DNA of 59,201 bases from Nemertoderma westbladi (lineage: Eukaryota; Animalia; Xenacoelomorpha). The notes under the pieces are model-generated. The model saw only the letters and a list, made by a program, of their open reading frames with translations, made no database searches and was not told the origin of the DNA. The DNA is taken from the NCBI GenBank assembly GCA_032718475.1, contig JAUCBJ010007454.1, positions 1 through 59,201 on the forward strand, in the 5' to 3' direction. The first letter of the stretch is position 1, and each line of letters starts with the position of its first letter. This document shows positions 13,069 through 26,457 of the stretch, in pieces. The position numbers and the translations under genes were made by a program.

Positions 13069-13490
13069 AAACGTTTCAACAGCTTGTTACACAATGTTAC
13101 AGTATGCCACGTGCTGTGTGAAGGTCTCTTAAACGTTTCAACAGTTTGTTACACAATGTTGGAGTAAGCCACGTGCTGCGCGAAGGTCTCTTAAACATTT
13201 CAACAGCTTGTTACACAATGTTACAGTACGTCACATGCTGCGCGAAGATCTCAAACGTTTCAACAGATTGTTTCAGTATCTCACATACTGCGTGAAGGCA
13301 GGAAGGTATCTTAATCGTTTCAACAGATTGTTTCAGTACCCCACGTGCTGCATGAAGGTCTATTAAACGTTTCAACAGCTTTTTAACAATGTTACAGTAC
13401 ACCACGTGCTGCGCGAAGGTCTCTTAAACGTTTCAACAGCTTGTTACACAATGTTGGAGTACGCTACGTGCTGCGCGAAGGTCTGTTAAA
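13069..13490. repeat. ~62-bp tandem repeat, about 7 copies
   Basis: AAACGTTTCAACAGCTTGTTACACAATGTT...CACGTGCTGCGCGAAGGTCTCTT repeated. Confidence 0.9.
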
Positions 13491-14149
13491 CAATGTAACA
13501 AAGGAAGATAAATTATTCACAGCAGTTAATAATGAAGATTTACTGTTGCACACTTACGACATAAAATGTCCCCCTGTTAAGATTCCGACCAAGATCAGTC
13601 CGATAGATCAGTCTGCCGCAAAGTTACTGAAGGAATTCGATTCAGTCGAATCGAAAAAATAAGAAATCGTAAGTTATATTCCATTGGATCCACAACCCAA
13701 AATTATTATAAACATTAAAAAGCATTTCACAACTTTAAAGGCAAACTCTTCTTTCAAAAGGGTGTGTGACATACATAACTAAAACATCAATATCACCTGA
13801 AATTCTGGAAACTTTAAATTGCAATATAGGTAGGAGTGGTAGGAGGGAGACTGGTATTGAATCAAAAGCAATTTCCAATATTTTTGATTAGAAGCATCTT
13901 CATGTAAAGTGTTTTTACTCCACGATAATAATAAAAACTCACCCGATGAAAAACGTTATACATTTTATGCATTCTTCTCTACCTACAAATTAAATTAAAT
14001 TTAAATTTAATTTAATTTGAATAAACTAATTCCCCTTTATAATTTGTATAAGTTTCAATTCAAATTCGGCTCAGTGAAATTTGCTAGATTCTATGCCATT
14101 GCCAGTCCTGCACTAAGGTAGCCGATATGGAGGAAGTGTGTGCTCATGC

Positions 14150-15455
14150 TATTCCATCAACTCAGTATATTCGATCCCCAAAAGAAAGACTCTTGATAAA
14201 ATTGACGAAATGGTTGAAATGAATTCTCCCCAAAAAGCATACAAAGCCATGCTTGATAATGAACTTTGACATCTTCCACGAAACATAAAGCAATTGAAGA
14301 ATAGAAGATTACAGAAAACATGCGCATTGGACAACGATTCAGATTTGTGATGCAAAGGAAATTTTGCTGATCAGATTCAACATATTACAACATTGGTTCA
14401 ATCTAACGAGTATGTTCAAAGTGTTATTAATATTAAAGACGATATTCCATCAATAATTTTATACAATAATCAACAGATTACTGATATTAAACGATTCTGC
14501 TGTGCCGGATCATGTGTATTATCTTTTGATAAGACCTTTAATCTTGGTCGTGTCCTAGTAACATCTAGTGTTTACAAGAATTTATCAGTGGTATGCAATG
14601 ACACGGGTGATCATCCCATATTTATTGGACCCATACTTATCCATGGAAAATCAGATTTTTTTAGTATTTTATAATTTCCTATGTAATTTACGCGCCCGAC
14701 TAGATGGTGAACCTTTAGAAAAACTGTGTCTTGGTTCAAATGAAGAAGCAGCTTTAAGGAAAGCAATCCGTATTGCATTTCCTAACTCCCATACACTAAT
14801 ATACGTGTTGCATGTAAGGAAAAATGTAACGAAACATCTGATAGATTGCGGTGTTGATAAAATCACTCGCATAGAGATTATTAAATTGATATTTGATACA
14901 GACGGGATACTTGATTCTCAGGATGATATAACCTTTCAGGAACGTTCTGACACTTTGTTATCGAAAAAACTACCAGCAACATTCAAAAAATACATGAGAA
15001 GTAAAGTACTTCCGATGTTATCAGATTATGTATGGAAACCGAAACAGTCCGGGGTAGTTGATAAATTCTGGGATAATAATAATAACAAATCAGCCAATCA
15101 CGTCTTCAAACGGGCGTTCGATTGGAAGCCTCGGCCCCTGACTGAAATTGTCAAGCTTTTGATAGATGTAGTTAGAACCAAACAAAGAGATATTGAAAGG
15201 GCGGTTATTGGAAACGGAAAATATCGACTCTCGGGACGTTTTAAGAAGTTTGCAGTGGGAAAGTCCAAGTGGGAAGGAATGGATGGGGTAACAAGAACTA
15301 ATCATTTAATTAAAATGCACACCTATAAACTTCGAAAAACTCAGATCGTTACCTCAATGGTAGGAAAGTTAGCAATTGTTGACCCCAAACCTTCTGCAGG
15401 AAAGAAGCCAGGACAGCGTAGGAGAAAGCGAGCGGTTCGGTGGATTTCTCGTTAA
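14150..15455 (+). pseudogene. Degenerate Mutator-like (MULE) transposase
   Basis: SFDKTFNLG, PIFIGPILIH, GSNEEAALRKAIRIAFPNS..LHVRKN and NNNKSANH motifs across frameshifted ORFs 14393-14674 and 14568-15455; catalytic positions appear decayed. Confidence 0.8.
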
Positions 15456-15893
15456 CTCAGTAATCTTGCATTTCTCGTTCACCCCCATTGTTATTCACTT
15501 TTATTTGCAATTATATAATTAATTATACAGTAGTATCGTAATGCTAAAAATAACTACATAAATGTTAACTAACTGTACAACATCCATTAATAAATACTTC
15601 AATAAATTTTTCGATTCAATTTTGTTATTTCAATAATTCGCCAAGATGGAATTTGCTTCTAGCCCCCCCCCCCCCCTCCCCCACCCCCCCCCCCTCTCAC
15701 CCCCTTGGAATAATTAAATTAATTACTGTATAAAATCTGAACACCACATATTTATTAAATAACAATCATTCACAATAAATAAAAAAAAAAATAAAAAAAT
15801 GTCTTTATTATAACTACAGTATGTACTGTATATGTACAATATTAAATATGTGCAATGTAGATATAAAGCGCTACTTTATACATAAAGATGTCC

Positions 15894-16515
15894 CCCGTTA
15901 TGGCAACTACAGAATCTGTTGTGGCAATTATTTACTCCGTTGTGGCAACTATAGCATCCGTTGTGGCGATTGTTTCCTCCGTTGTGGCAACTATAATATC
16001 TGTTGTGGCGATTGTTTCCTCTGTTGTGGCAACTACAGCATCTGTTGTGGCAATTATTTACTCCGTTGTGGCAACTATAGCATCCGTTGTGGCGATTGTT
16101 TCCCCCGTTGTGGCAACTATAACCCCCGTAGTGGCGATTGTTTCCCCCGTTGTGGCAACTATAACATGTGTTGTGGCGATTGTGTCGCCCGTTGTGGCAA
16201 CTATATCATCTGTTGTGACGATTATTTCCCCCGTTGTGGCAACTATAACCCCCGTAGTGGCGATTGTTTCCTTCGTTGTGGCAACTATAGCATCCGTTGT
16301 GGCGATTGTTTCCCCCGTTGTGGCAACTAGTAGCATTTGTTGTGGCGATTGTGTCCCCCGTTGTGGCAACTATAGCATCTGTTGTGGCGATTGTTTCCCC
16401 CGTTGTGGCAACTATAACCTCCGTAGTGGCGATTGTTTCCTCCGTTGTGGCAACTATAACATATGTTGTGGCGATTGTTTCTCCCGTTGTGGCAACTATA
16501 ACCTCCGTTGTGACG
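15894..16515. repeat. 42-bp (2x21) tandem repeat, probably subterminal repeats of the MULE element
   Basis: CCGTTGTGGCAACTATAACATCTGTTGTGGCGATTGTTTCCC units. Confidence 0.9.
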
Positions 16516-16774
16516 ATTTTATCATCAAAATATTTGAACTGACCCAAACAGTACCCACACACAGATTTATGGAGTTCTACTGAGAAACTGCAAGTACTTT
16601 GTACCGGTACCATCCTATATCAGCATATCTAGGCATGCAGAACATCAATTCAGGTTTTACTTAATTAATTAATTAATTAAGCATTTAAGTCAAATATTTT
16701 CTTTCCGTTTTTCTTCACAATCTTCGTAAATTGTATTTCCAGATCTTTTCGCCACACCGTTGTGATATGAATGA

Positions 16775-16850
16775 GTATTCGTATTCCGTATTCCACAGTT
16801 TGGGTCCGTTTGGGTACCGTTTGGGTCCGTTTGGGTTTTTAGTCCTACCC
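16775..16850. mobile_element. Probable single DNA-transposon terminus
   Basis: GTATTCC and TTTGGGTCCG short repeats ending TAGTCCTACCC; partner TIR not found. Confidence 0.4.
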
Positions 16851-16999
16851 ATGGAGAATAATCCGTATGTGATTTTAAAGATTAGGCATTGCGGACCAGT
16901 AAGAAGTGCACAGCACACATGCAGACTGAAGACAGGTAGGCCTATTTAAAAGCGATATGATTTAAAGAGTGCGGCTGCCGCTACCTAATGGCTGAATGG

Positions 17000-17409
17000 C
17001 AAATAAACATTGTAGGTCCAGGATGAGTGACAGATGATGTCCTTCAGCCCCGGGATGTGCCACAGCGCTTGTTTTATAGTAGTACTAACTGACACCTGGC
17101 CGCCCGGTTGGACTTAGATTAATTACTGGCACCACGACGGTTTTCAATATCTGTGCGAATGTTTATTCCCTTAGCATTCTCATTGGTGCTTCTATTAGTC
17201 TATACTATATGTTAGTGCCATATACTAGCAAGCAACAACATTATAGCCAGGGTGGTGGAAAACAGTTCAAAAATAAATCACGGTTTGTTAGATTTCCAAG
17301 CGGCGTCAAGAAGAGTTATGGTTAATAGGTACTGCACTGCTGGCGCATCCCGGGGCTGGCGGACACCGGCTGTCACTCATCCTGGACCTGTCCTGCATTT
17401 GTTTATTTG
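17000..17409. mobile_element. MITE-like element with ~70-bp inverted repeats
   Basis: CAAATAAACA...GGTCCAGGATGAGTGACAG...CAGCCCCGGGATG is mirrored at 17340-17409. Confidence 0.65.
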
Positions 17410-17869
17410 ACAAAAGGGACTCCAGGGGAAATTCGACGCAAATAACAGCTGATTACTCTCAAAAATAAAACGTACTGTAACCTGTTCTAATGTGTTTAGT
17501 TTATTGTTTTGGTTAAAATAACGTGCCACTGTAACCTGCTCCTTTCCCTAAATTGATAATTTATCATTGAGGCGGGATATTAATTCGCCACGGCGCGTTT
17601 TGCGTCCAGTCCCCCCCCCCCCCCCCCCCCCCCCCGATCTCTCATGTCATTATTAATCTATAAAACATTTGAACAGCCCAGTGGCAGTGAGTAACTGGCA
17701 GTTCACTGTGAAGAGCAATTCAGCTGGCATGGCGGGGTAATAGTTACAAACTCTACTCAGTTATGTTTGATTACTGTCTGGCATAGAGTGACTGAGTAAA
17801 CACAACCTTACTGTAGTTTACTGGGTCGGCCCTAATGAGCACCAGCAGCTGGTGTTTCTGTCATTGACT

Positions 17870-18080
17870 CTATTGCAATTTTCGTGTATTGGGGCTATTT
17901 TTCGAAATATAAAAAAGACACTTTAATAATTTTTTTCGAAACTTTTTTTCCACATCCTGGGGTTGAGCTGCGTCGATTGATACAACTTTCATTGACGGAC
18001 GAGCTATAGCTTCGGAGGAGTTCACCCGATATACATACATACATAGATAGATAGATAGTGAATACTTTTACAGTAAGAAG
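17870..18080 (+). mobile_element. Possible Helitron/Helentron-associated short element end
   Basis: (TACA)n(TAGA)n microsatellite followed by a short AT-rich terminus; architecture only. Confidence 0.3.
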
Positions 18081-18654
18081 TCCTAACGGTTTTCTAATAA
18101 TATAATATATACTGTATTACCTAACTGGATCTGTGAAATACTTGGGAATGTGGCGAATTTTCATCACATTTGTTATCCCATTTGTTCCACTTTGTATAGG
18201 TGCGAAGACCTTCGCACGGGTTACTAAGTCATTCGCACGACTTAGCAAAAAAATGTTTTCTTTCATGAATGAAACTTTCCGTAATTAACATGCGTATAAA
18301 GGCGTAAATTAACATGGTACCTTGACTCGAGTGGCGGGGTGTGTTATTATTAAACGCGGATAAATAGGAGAAAATTGATTTAGCATGGGAAGGACATTTA
18401 CTTGTCACTGATTAAAACGGATAATGATTTGTGATGAATTCAAAAACATATCATCGGGCCCTACTGTATGGTATCTCAATTATTTCAGACGTTATTTATT
18501 TAACGCATTAATTTTATTGGTCAATAAAATAATTGATTTTCCACTAAATTTAATGTTTTTTTTTCACTAAAATATGTAGAATCCCCCCATGACCTACTAA
18601 ATTACATTAATTTAATTACATCTAATTGCGGATAAAGTTTATTAAATAATCGAG

Positions 18655-19893
18655 CTAATTGATTAATCGGGAAATATACTTAGTTTTGGTTCTCACGAGT
18701 TTATCTTTCCGTTCCTTGGCTATAAACTGGTGGGAATTCCAGCGGTCCGGTTGATGATTAGCGAAATATCGAGAGGCCGCGAGTAGCAGATGGAGATAAG
18801 TTAATATTTGTGCGAAATCGGAGAAAACGACAGGACCTACAGACCGAGAGACCGATAACCAGATATCCAGTTGGTGACGCATTGCTGTCTGCGAGAGGCT
18901 GCTTGGCAACCCACGATACAAACACTGAGTAGTTAGCGAATCGCAGCTCAGAGAATGAACTCCCTCGCTACGTATAACTGAGTCCATAGCGCTGAGGATA
19001 GTGGCGCGTTTCTGCAGACGGGAGCGAATCAGCCAGACGGGTAGGAACCGAGACTGGAACTGAGAACGCGCTAAAGCCGTCCAGTAAAGTCGGGGTATCT
19101 TATCCCGGTGGCTGGAGAATAAATCCGTTAGCAACCCAGCTAGATGTTGTCCGTTGGTTGGGGTGCGTGTTGGGTTATCTAACAGAGTTAGAAGCTCTCG
19201 GAACGAGGCTCTATCCTCCAGAGGTAACCCAGGATGGGAGGTCAACGTGCGTAGATGACAATCTAAAATAGAATCCCCGGCCTCCTTGGTTATAACCGAG
19301 ATGGTCTTGGCGGCTTCTTCCTTCAGATAAAACAGCTGAAACCGTTGATCCAAAGAGTGATGGGGCGCGTAGTAGAATAATGGGGCGGCTAGGATGAGGG
19401 CCTCGGGTAGAATAGCCCCGACTATAACCACGGGAAGCGATATAATCAACGCCCGAGGGAAATTCATGCCTATCTCTAGACTTCGTAAATCCCATGGTTG
19501 GAGATTGTGTAAGTCCTGTTTGGGTACCAGGTAGATCCAATGCTTCGTATCTGAGTACAAATTATTCAACCCATCCTTAAACGCCATGTGGTACACGTAG
19601 GCTTTCGGGAATCTATTTTTTAACCATCGTTCGTAGGAACCCAAAAGACCCTCCAGTTTATTTCTTCCTCCAGACTTTCCCTTCTCTTTACTTACTCCTT
19701 TAACTAAACCTTCGATAGATTTTTTATTCCACCCTAACTTTATCATCAGTTCTGAGGTTTTGATTAAGGCATCACGATTTGCGTTACTAACATTCCGCAA
19801 GCCGAACTGTATCCTTCGCGAGCTGTACGGATTCCGAAGTAGGCGAACTCCGGATTCCCTCAACGGAACCACACTGTTTGTAAGCTTAAACAT
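18655..19893 (-). CDS. LETMD1: LETM1-domain mitochondrial protein (LETMD1-like), intronless
   Basis: ATG at 19893 gives an Arg/Ser-rich transit-like N-terminus; RFPKAYVYHMAFKDGLNNLYSD, one TM segment, LETM1 motif DSVIRSEGVHSLSCDSLTTQCLYRGL...MRHQLDIWLSVS. Confidence 0.75.
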   Translation of the reverse strand: MFKLTNSVVPLRESGVRLLRNPYSSRRIQFGLRNVSNANRDALIKTSELMIKLGWNKKSIEGLVKGVSKEKGKSGGRNKLEGLLGSYERWLKNRFPKAYVYHMAFKDGLNNLYSDTKHWIYLVPKQDLHNLQPWDLRSLEIGMNFPRALIISLPVVIVGAILPEALILAAPLFYYAPHHSLDQRFQLFYLKEEAAKTISVITKEAGDSILDCHLRTLTSHPGLPLEDRASFRELLTLLDNPTRTPTNGQHLAGLLTDLFSSHRDKIPRLYWTALARSQFQSRFLPVWLIRSRLQKRATILSAMDSVIRSEGVHSLSCDSLTTQCLYRGLPSSLSQTAMRHQLDIWLSVSRSVGPVVFSDFAQILTYLHLLLAASRYFANHQPDRWNSHQFIAKERKDKLVRTKTKYISRLIN

Positions 19894-20759
19894 AGCAGAT
19901 TGCTGGATTACACTGCATCTAACAGTACTGCAGTACACGCAGTACAAACGAACACAAATCTGCTTAGGTCTACCGGTAAATGCAGAATGTAACTACTACT
20001 ATTGGTAAAAGCCAAAAATCCAAAAGTTGACTGCACTCTATGGCAATAGTATCTACATCATTGTCCAGAATAGGGTGTTTCCCTTCACTTCTATGGGGCT
20101 TTCTATTTTTCCTACCTGTCCCAAATACGTTGTCTAATGATTTCCAACCTGTCCAATATAGGGGCATCCAATCAAATCATCATATGAGCCAACTCCTCTT
20201 CATCGGACCAATACCAACATTCCTAAAGTTAGGCATCCTCCTTATTGGCTATATAATGTAAAGGTTAATGGAAAATTCCACTGATATATAATCCAAGTGT
20301 CAACTACGAATCCAGGGCTCATTATAACAACCTATACTGGACAGAGCAACGTATTTGGGACAAGAGCTGGTTGAGGTATGTACAGTGGAAATTCCCATTC
20401 TAAATAAGGGCATTTGGAATACTTGTTCCCTAGTTATGGTTAAAGATATACTGTGGGTGCCTTGCAAATGGCCTGTAAGACTGTGATGCATTATAGGCTA
20501 TAGTGTCATCATAGTCATGTTATTTAATTTCATGTTGTACAATTTATTCATATTGTGCAATTTATCATGTTGTGCAATTCATTCATTATGCAATTTATTC
20601 ATTGTGCAATTTATTCATGTGGTGCAATTTATTCACTTATAATAAATCTAAATATATTCGTATATTAATACTGTAATTAAATGACAATCAAATTAGTGAT
20701 ATCGCAACCTCCTCCCCCGGACTCAACTTCATCCCAAATAGTCCTTAATAAGTCTTAAA

Positions 20760-22461
20760 TTTGAATCAAATAGGTTGTTAGTGTCCCATATAGGGTGTAT
20801 GTGTCCCATATAGGTTGATTTTGTCCAAAATAGCCTGTAGCTTTATCAAAATTATTTCAAATAGTTTATAAATGTAAAGGAATACTGAAAAGAATATTGA
20901 CTTCATAATCATAGCTTTAATTCCAATTTGTCCCAAATAGGTTGTTTATGTCCCATATAGGGTGTTTGTGTCCCACACAGGGTGTTTTTATACCAAATAG
21001 CATGTAACTTTCTCAAAATGATTTTACATAGTTTATAAATATGATGGAAATACTCAAAAGAAAATAGAATCCACTATCATACATAGCTTTAATTTAAATT
21101 TGTCCCAAATAGGTTGTTTGTGTCCCATATAGGGTGTTTGTGTCCCAAATTGCGTGTGACTTTCTCAAAATGATTTTACATAGTTTATAAATATAATGGA
21201 ATAGTTAAAAGCAAATAGAATTCACTATCATAGCTTTAATTTAAATTTGTCCCAAATAGGATGTTTTTGTCCCATATAGGGTGTTTGTGTCCCGTATAGA
21301 GTGTGAATAGCTTATAATAATTTCAAGTAGTTTCTAAATGTAATGGAATAATAAAAAGAATATAGAATTCACTATCATAGCTTTAATTTCAATTTGTCCC
21401 AAATAGGTTGTTTTTGTCCCATATAGGGTGTTTGTGTCCTGTATAGGGTGTGAATTGCTTATAATGATTTCAAATATTTTCTAAATGTAATGGAATACTC
21501 AAAAGAATATAGAATTCACTATCATAGCTTTAATTTAAATTTGTCCCAAATAGGTTGTTTATGTCCCATAGAGGGTGTTTGTGTCCCATATAGGGTGTTT
21601 GTGTCCCAAATTGCGTGTGACTTTCACAAAATGATTTTACATAGTTTATAAATATAATGGAATACTCAAAAGAAAATATAATTCACTATCATAGCTTTAA
21701 TTTCAATTTGTCCCAAATAGGTTGTTTTTGTCCCATATAGGGTGTTTGTGTCCCGTATAGGGTGTGAATTGCTTATAATGATTTCAAATATTTTCTAAAT
21801 GTAATGGAATACTCAAAAGAATATAGAATTCACTATCATAGCTTTAATTTAAATTTGTCCCAAATAGGTTGTTTATGTCCCATATAGGGTGTTTGTGTCC
21901 CATATAGGGTGTTTGTGTCCCAAATTGCGTGTGACTTTCACAAAATGATTTTACATAGTTTATAAATATAATGGAATACTCAAAAGAAAATAGAATTCAT
22001 TATCATAGCTTTAATTTCAATTTGTCCCAAATAGGTTGTTTTTGTCCCATATAGGGTGTTTGTGTCCCAAATAGCGTGTTACTTTCTCAAAATGATTTTA
22101 ATTAGTTTCTAAATCCCATGGAATACTCAAAAGAATATAGAATTCACCACCATAGCTTTAATTTCAATTTGTCCCAAATAGGTTGTTTTTGTCCCATATA
22201 GGGTGTTTGTGTCCCGTAAAGGGTGTGAAGTGCTTATAATAGATTTCAAATAGTTTCGAAATGTAATGGAATACTCAAAAGAATATAGAATTCACTATCA
22301 TAGCTTTAATTTAAATTTGTCCCGAATAGGTTGTTCATGTCCTATATAGGGTGTTTGTGTCCCATATAGGGTGTTTGTGTCCCATATAGGGTGTTTGTGT
22401 CCCAAATTGCGTGTGACTTTCGCAAAATGACTTTACATAGTTTATAAATATAATGGAATAC
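20760..22461. repeat. Satellite with ~147-170-bp units containing 20-bp subrepeats
   Basis: ATAGCTTTAATTTMAATTTGTCCCAAATAGG recurs about 10 times; subrepeat GTCCCATATAGGGTGTTTGT. Confidence 0.92.
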
Positions 22462-24544
22462 TGTAAAAGCCTTTGCTGAATTGCCCCGTTATTTTTATTA
22501 TCTTTTACATTAAAATACTCTGTAGTTGATTTAATAAGTGTAAGAGACCGTATTATTGCTGTATCGGTGTTTTTAGAGGATCTAAGACCTATTTCCTCCG
22601 TATGTGTACTGTGAAAGGCATATTTTATGATTCTATGGCAATTCGTGACGCAAAGGGGTGATAGCTACTCTTGAACAGTAGTTACTATGACTACGGTTAA
22701 CAGCTGACATTCATACGTGTTGATTTCCTTTGTTCTACGGCGTCTCTCAGTTCAGTCAGCCAATTAGAGCGTTTTTGTGGCTCCTTGTACAGAAAATTTC
22801 CGAGAAATGACGCAATGCCTATGTGCAGTGTTTACATTCAGTCCTGAGCCAAAGAAAGAACGGCTTGGAAGTATTTTGTGCATAGCTTAATACGCGGCGA
22901 CATATACGCAGCGTAATGGTACGTATATGGGCTTCTTAACTACTGGTCATTCTATCAATTTACACAATACGGACTATGTCGACTATATATCCTGCCCAGC
23001 GGAGTCGGAACCATAAACTGAAATTCGAATGCGAAAATTCTATTCGAAATTGGCTCGAAAGAAAAGACATTAAAGAAACAAATAAACGCGGTAACTCCAA
23101 CATATATTTGGAATTCTTGATAGAAGCATTGTAACAACAAATAAATATCATCCGCGTTACCCCTACCAGACGTGCGTCTTTGGTATTATTACGATAAATG
23201 CCCTAGATCCAGCCAATAAACGGAAAGACATAAACATCCACGGAAACGTTGTGTTAAACACAGTTGTGCTCGTCATATTTACTGGAGTTTCGAGCGAAAC
23301 TTGTTTGACGTACCACCTATGCTCACTCGGCTCGAACGATCCTGGAGTAAACCTACGATCAGAGTCCCGGAATACTCGGTCAAACCTCCTCATTCCTTAG
23401 TTGGACCTCAGACCTGCGATCCTGGTGGTGTCGCGGATCCTCGTGGACTGTATTCACTGTTCAAAGATCTAGTGCTACCCTAACAATTAATCGGTAACAC
23501 TCCGACAGTGATTTCTAGCTAGCCGCCCATCTTACCTAGCCGGATTGTGATGCGGACACCTAATATCACTATCCTACCGTATGGTCGTCCCCGTTTAACG
23601 CGATACAACCCTTCATCAAGGTGAAGGAGAGCTTTGTACGAAACGAGTTAAACGTGATTCTATAAAGATCAAAAAGGAAACATGCGTTTGTTCAGATAAA
23701 CGTAAGTTATAACAGTAAGTCCAATCGATAAACGAATTGGCCTTATCTCGGTTCGATTGGGAAATCTCGAATCTCTAAGAAGATATCAAGCTTAGAAAAC
23801 CCTATTCTCTGCGAGAGTTTTGGACGAACATATCCCATGACAAGCGGAGGAAAATCAGCTCGAGGAGAAGCATATCGAAATGGACGAGACACCGACAGTA
23901 AACCCAAACCTTCTAATGCAATCATATTGCACCCTTCACCCAGGAGTTATGGCCCTCCTAGTAAAGTGGTCCCCCCCCCCAAAGAGAAAAGGACTCTTGC
24001 TAGCTTTAAAAAACTGCGTAAACGCCGTCCGCGCAAGAAAGACTAACTGTTTAGAGTATCTTTAGGTTTTAGAAACTGTGATTTTTATATTTTATAGACT
24101 GAAAATCCCATTTTCTGGGAGCGGTGTAAAAGCCTTTGCTGAATTGCCCCGTTATTTTTATTATCTTTTACATTAAAATACTCTGTAGTTGATTTAATAA
24201 GTGTAAGAGACCGTATTATTGCTGTATCGGTGTTTTTAGAGGATCTAAGACCTATTTCCTCCGTATGTGTACTGTGAAAGGCATATTTTATGATTCTATG
24301 GCAATTCGTGACGCAAAGGGGTGATAGCTACTCTTGAACAGTAGTTACTATGACTACGGTTAACAGCTGACATTCATACGTGTTGATTTCCTTTGTTCTA
24401 CGGCGTCTCTCAGTTCAGTCAGCCAATTAGAGCGTTTTTGTGGCTCCTTGTACAGAAAATTTCCGAGAAATGACGCAATGCCTATGTGCAGTGTTTTCAT
24501 TCAGTCCTGAGCCAAAGAGAGAACGGCTTGGAAGTATTTTGTGC
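22462..24544 (+). mobile_element. Non-autonomous LTR element (3' LTR apparently truncated)
   Basis: Near-identical ~420-bp direct repeats 22462-22881 and 24125-24544 starting TGTAAAAG; PPT-like TGGGAGCGG before the second copy; no gag/pol. Confidence 0.72.
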
Positions 24545-26457
24545 TTTACTGTTTTAGCCGTACACTAGTAGGCTTAATCATAAGGACATATATCCGTTAT
24601 CTAACTTGACTAACCTAACTCAATGCAATCAATGCATACTGCAGTACTGCATACACTGCATACTGTGTAACACTGTGCATACTTTATATTGTTATATTGC
24701 TATTTGCTGTCTGTACTTCATAATTTGGTTGATGAATTATTATATTTGGAATAACGATAAATAACCCCGAAAACCCAATATTCTTGATATACTGAAGGTA
24801 AGAGAGAAAGGTTATACATAACGATTGTGACTTATGTTAAAGTGGTTTGAAGTGAATCTAATGTTATTTGATAGCCCCTACATGAGTCAGTCCGTGTTCC
24901 TTTTATATGTAACTAAAATCAGTGAAGATCGGCAGATCAGTGTGCAGTATTGTGCAGCATTGTGTGCGAGTGATACTGATAACGAAGCATTTCCTAAAGA
25001 ATGTGCCATATATGTGAATTATAATTAAGCCATATCGTTGTGAGTAGTTTAAGTCATAACTCTGTTTATATAAATAAAGCGCCACGTCCTAAAGGAACTG
25101 TTAATATTCCCGAAGGTGAATAATATTGTCAGAGATTATATAATACTGTCAGTCGAATAATACATTAAGCTTACATAGCAATAAAATTAAGCCGTCGAAC
25201 CCAATCTCCCGGGAATTATCCAGCGGGTGAATGATCGCGCACAGATTGGTTTCGACTAGTGTAGTGAATCAAATATTTGTCATCGGCTAAAGTGATTTAT
25301 TATCTAACAGACATCCTAATTTGGCGGGTTAAACTGCCAAAGGTCTGAAAGCGCGAACACCAACTCAAACTCGCGTAACCACCCACTGTGCACTGTGTAG
25401 CATTCATACAACAGGCTGTCTGTGTTTAATGGCCCACTCTCTTCTGTTATACTCTGCCTACGGGTTTGATGGTCTCCTGCTGTTATAACATTCTCTAAAC
25501 TTGATCTGTTTGTGTGTAATTAACTCCAGTAGACAGTGAGAATTAAGTTGCAGACTCAGTGACTCAATTTATTTTTAAATTTCAGAATAAAAAAATTATA
25601 TGCTAAATTATTAAACTGAAGATTTATTAATTTTTTATTACATTTATTAAGTATGTATGACTCATAACATATTAACGTTATTTTACATTAAAATATAACC
25701 ATATAATATAACCAACCAATTTTATGAATTTATTTAAATATCGCGTATGGGTATACCGGGTGTGGGTATACCGGGCAAATGGACCAGATGAAACCTCTGT
25801 AATTATAGACAGGGCCATGTTTATGGGAGGGGGGGGGGGGGGGGGGGGGTTGGTGTTGCGAGGTCCCATAGTTGCGAGGTCCCATATGCATGCACTAATA
25901 ATTCTTAATTAACCATTAGATTTTTAAACTGATATGCCTTGTAAGGCACCAATTGACATCAAACAGACAGACAACAGAGCACCAATTTCCCACAACAATA
26001 TTCCCAGAATTAAAACTTTCTCTACAAACAGACCGAGCCAGTGTGGTTTAGTTAACAACATACATTTAGTAAAGCCCACAACGGAACTGCGTGATTGACA
26101 TGTCTTTTATGAGACACACGCAAGCCGGCCTGCCCAGCTTATGTAATTCAACCAATTAACTCAAGAGCCCAAGCAACAGACAGAGGCCCCTTCCCCATGT
26201 GGTGCCTCACTCAACCAGAGTAATTATCCATCCCGTACAGGAAGAGTAATGCTGAGTATGGCACAGTTGGAAGTCAACCTAACTCAAACCATGGCGCCAG
26301 ACTCTAGTTTGAGTTAGATTGAGCTGGCTGCATCTATCTGATTTCTCAACTCTTACCCCAGTCTTACCTACTGAAATTCTCCGTTGACTATCATTAGTAA
26401 AAGGTTTGAGAAATGATACCCAGTTTGAGAAATAATATTCAGAATGAGATAGGGACT

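Noticed and set aside
15821-16613. Metallothionein-like Cys-rich ORF and hydrophobic or Thr-rich ORFs
   Set aside because: All frames are open only because the repeat unit is a multiple of 3
20040-20375. Possible gene divergent from LETMD1
   Set aside because: Frames do not join and show no recognisable homology
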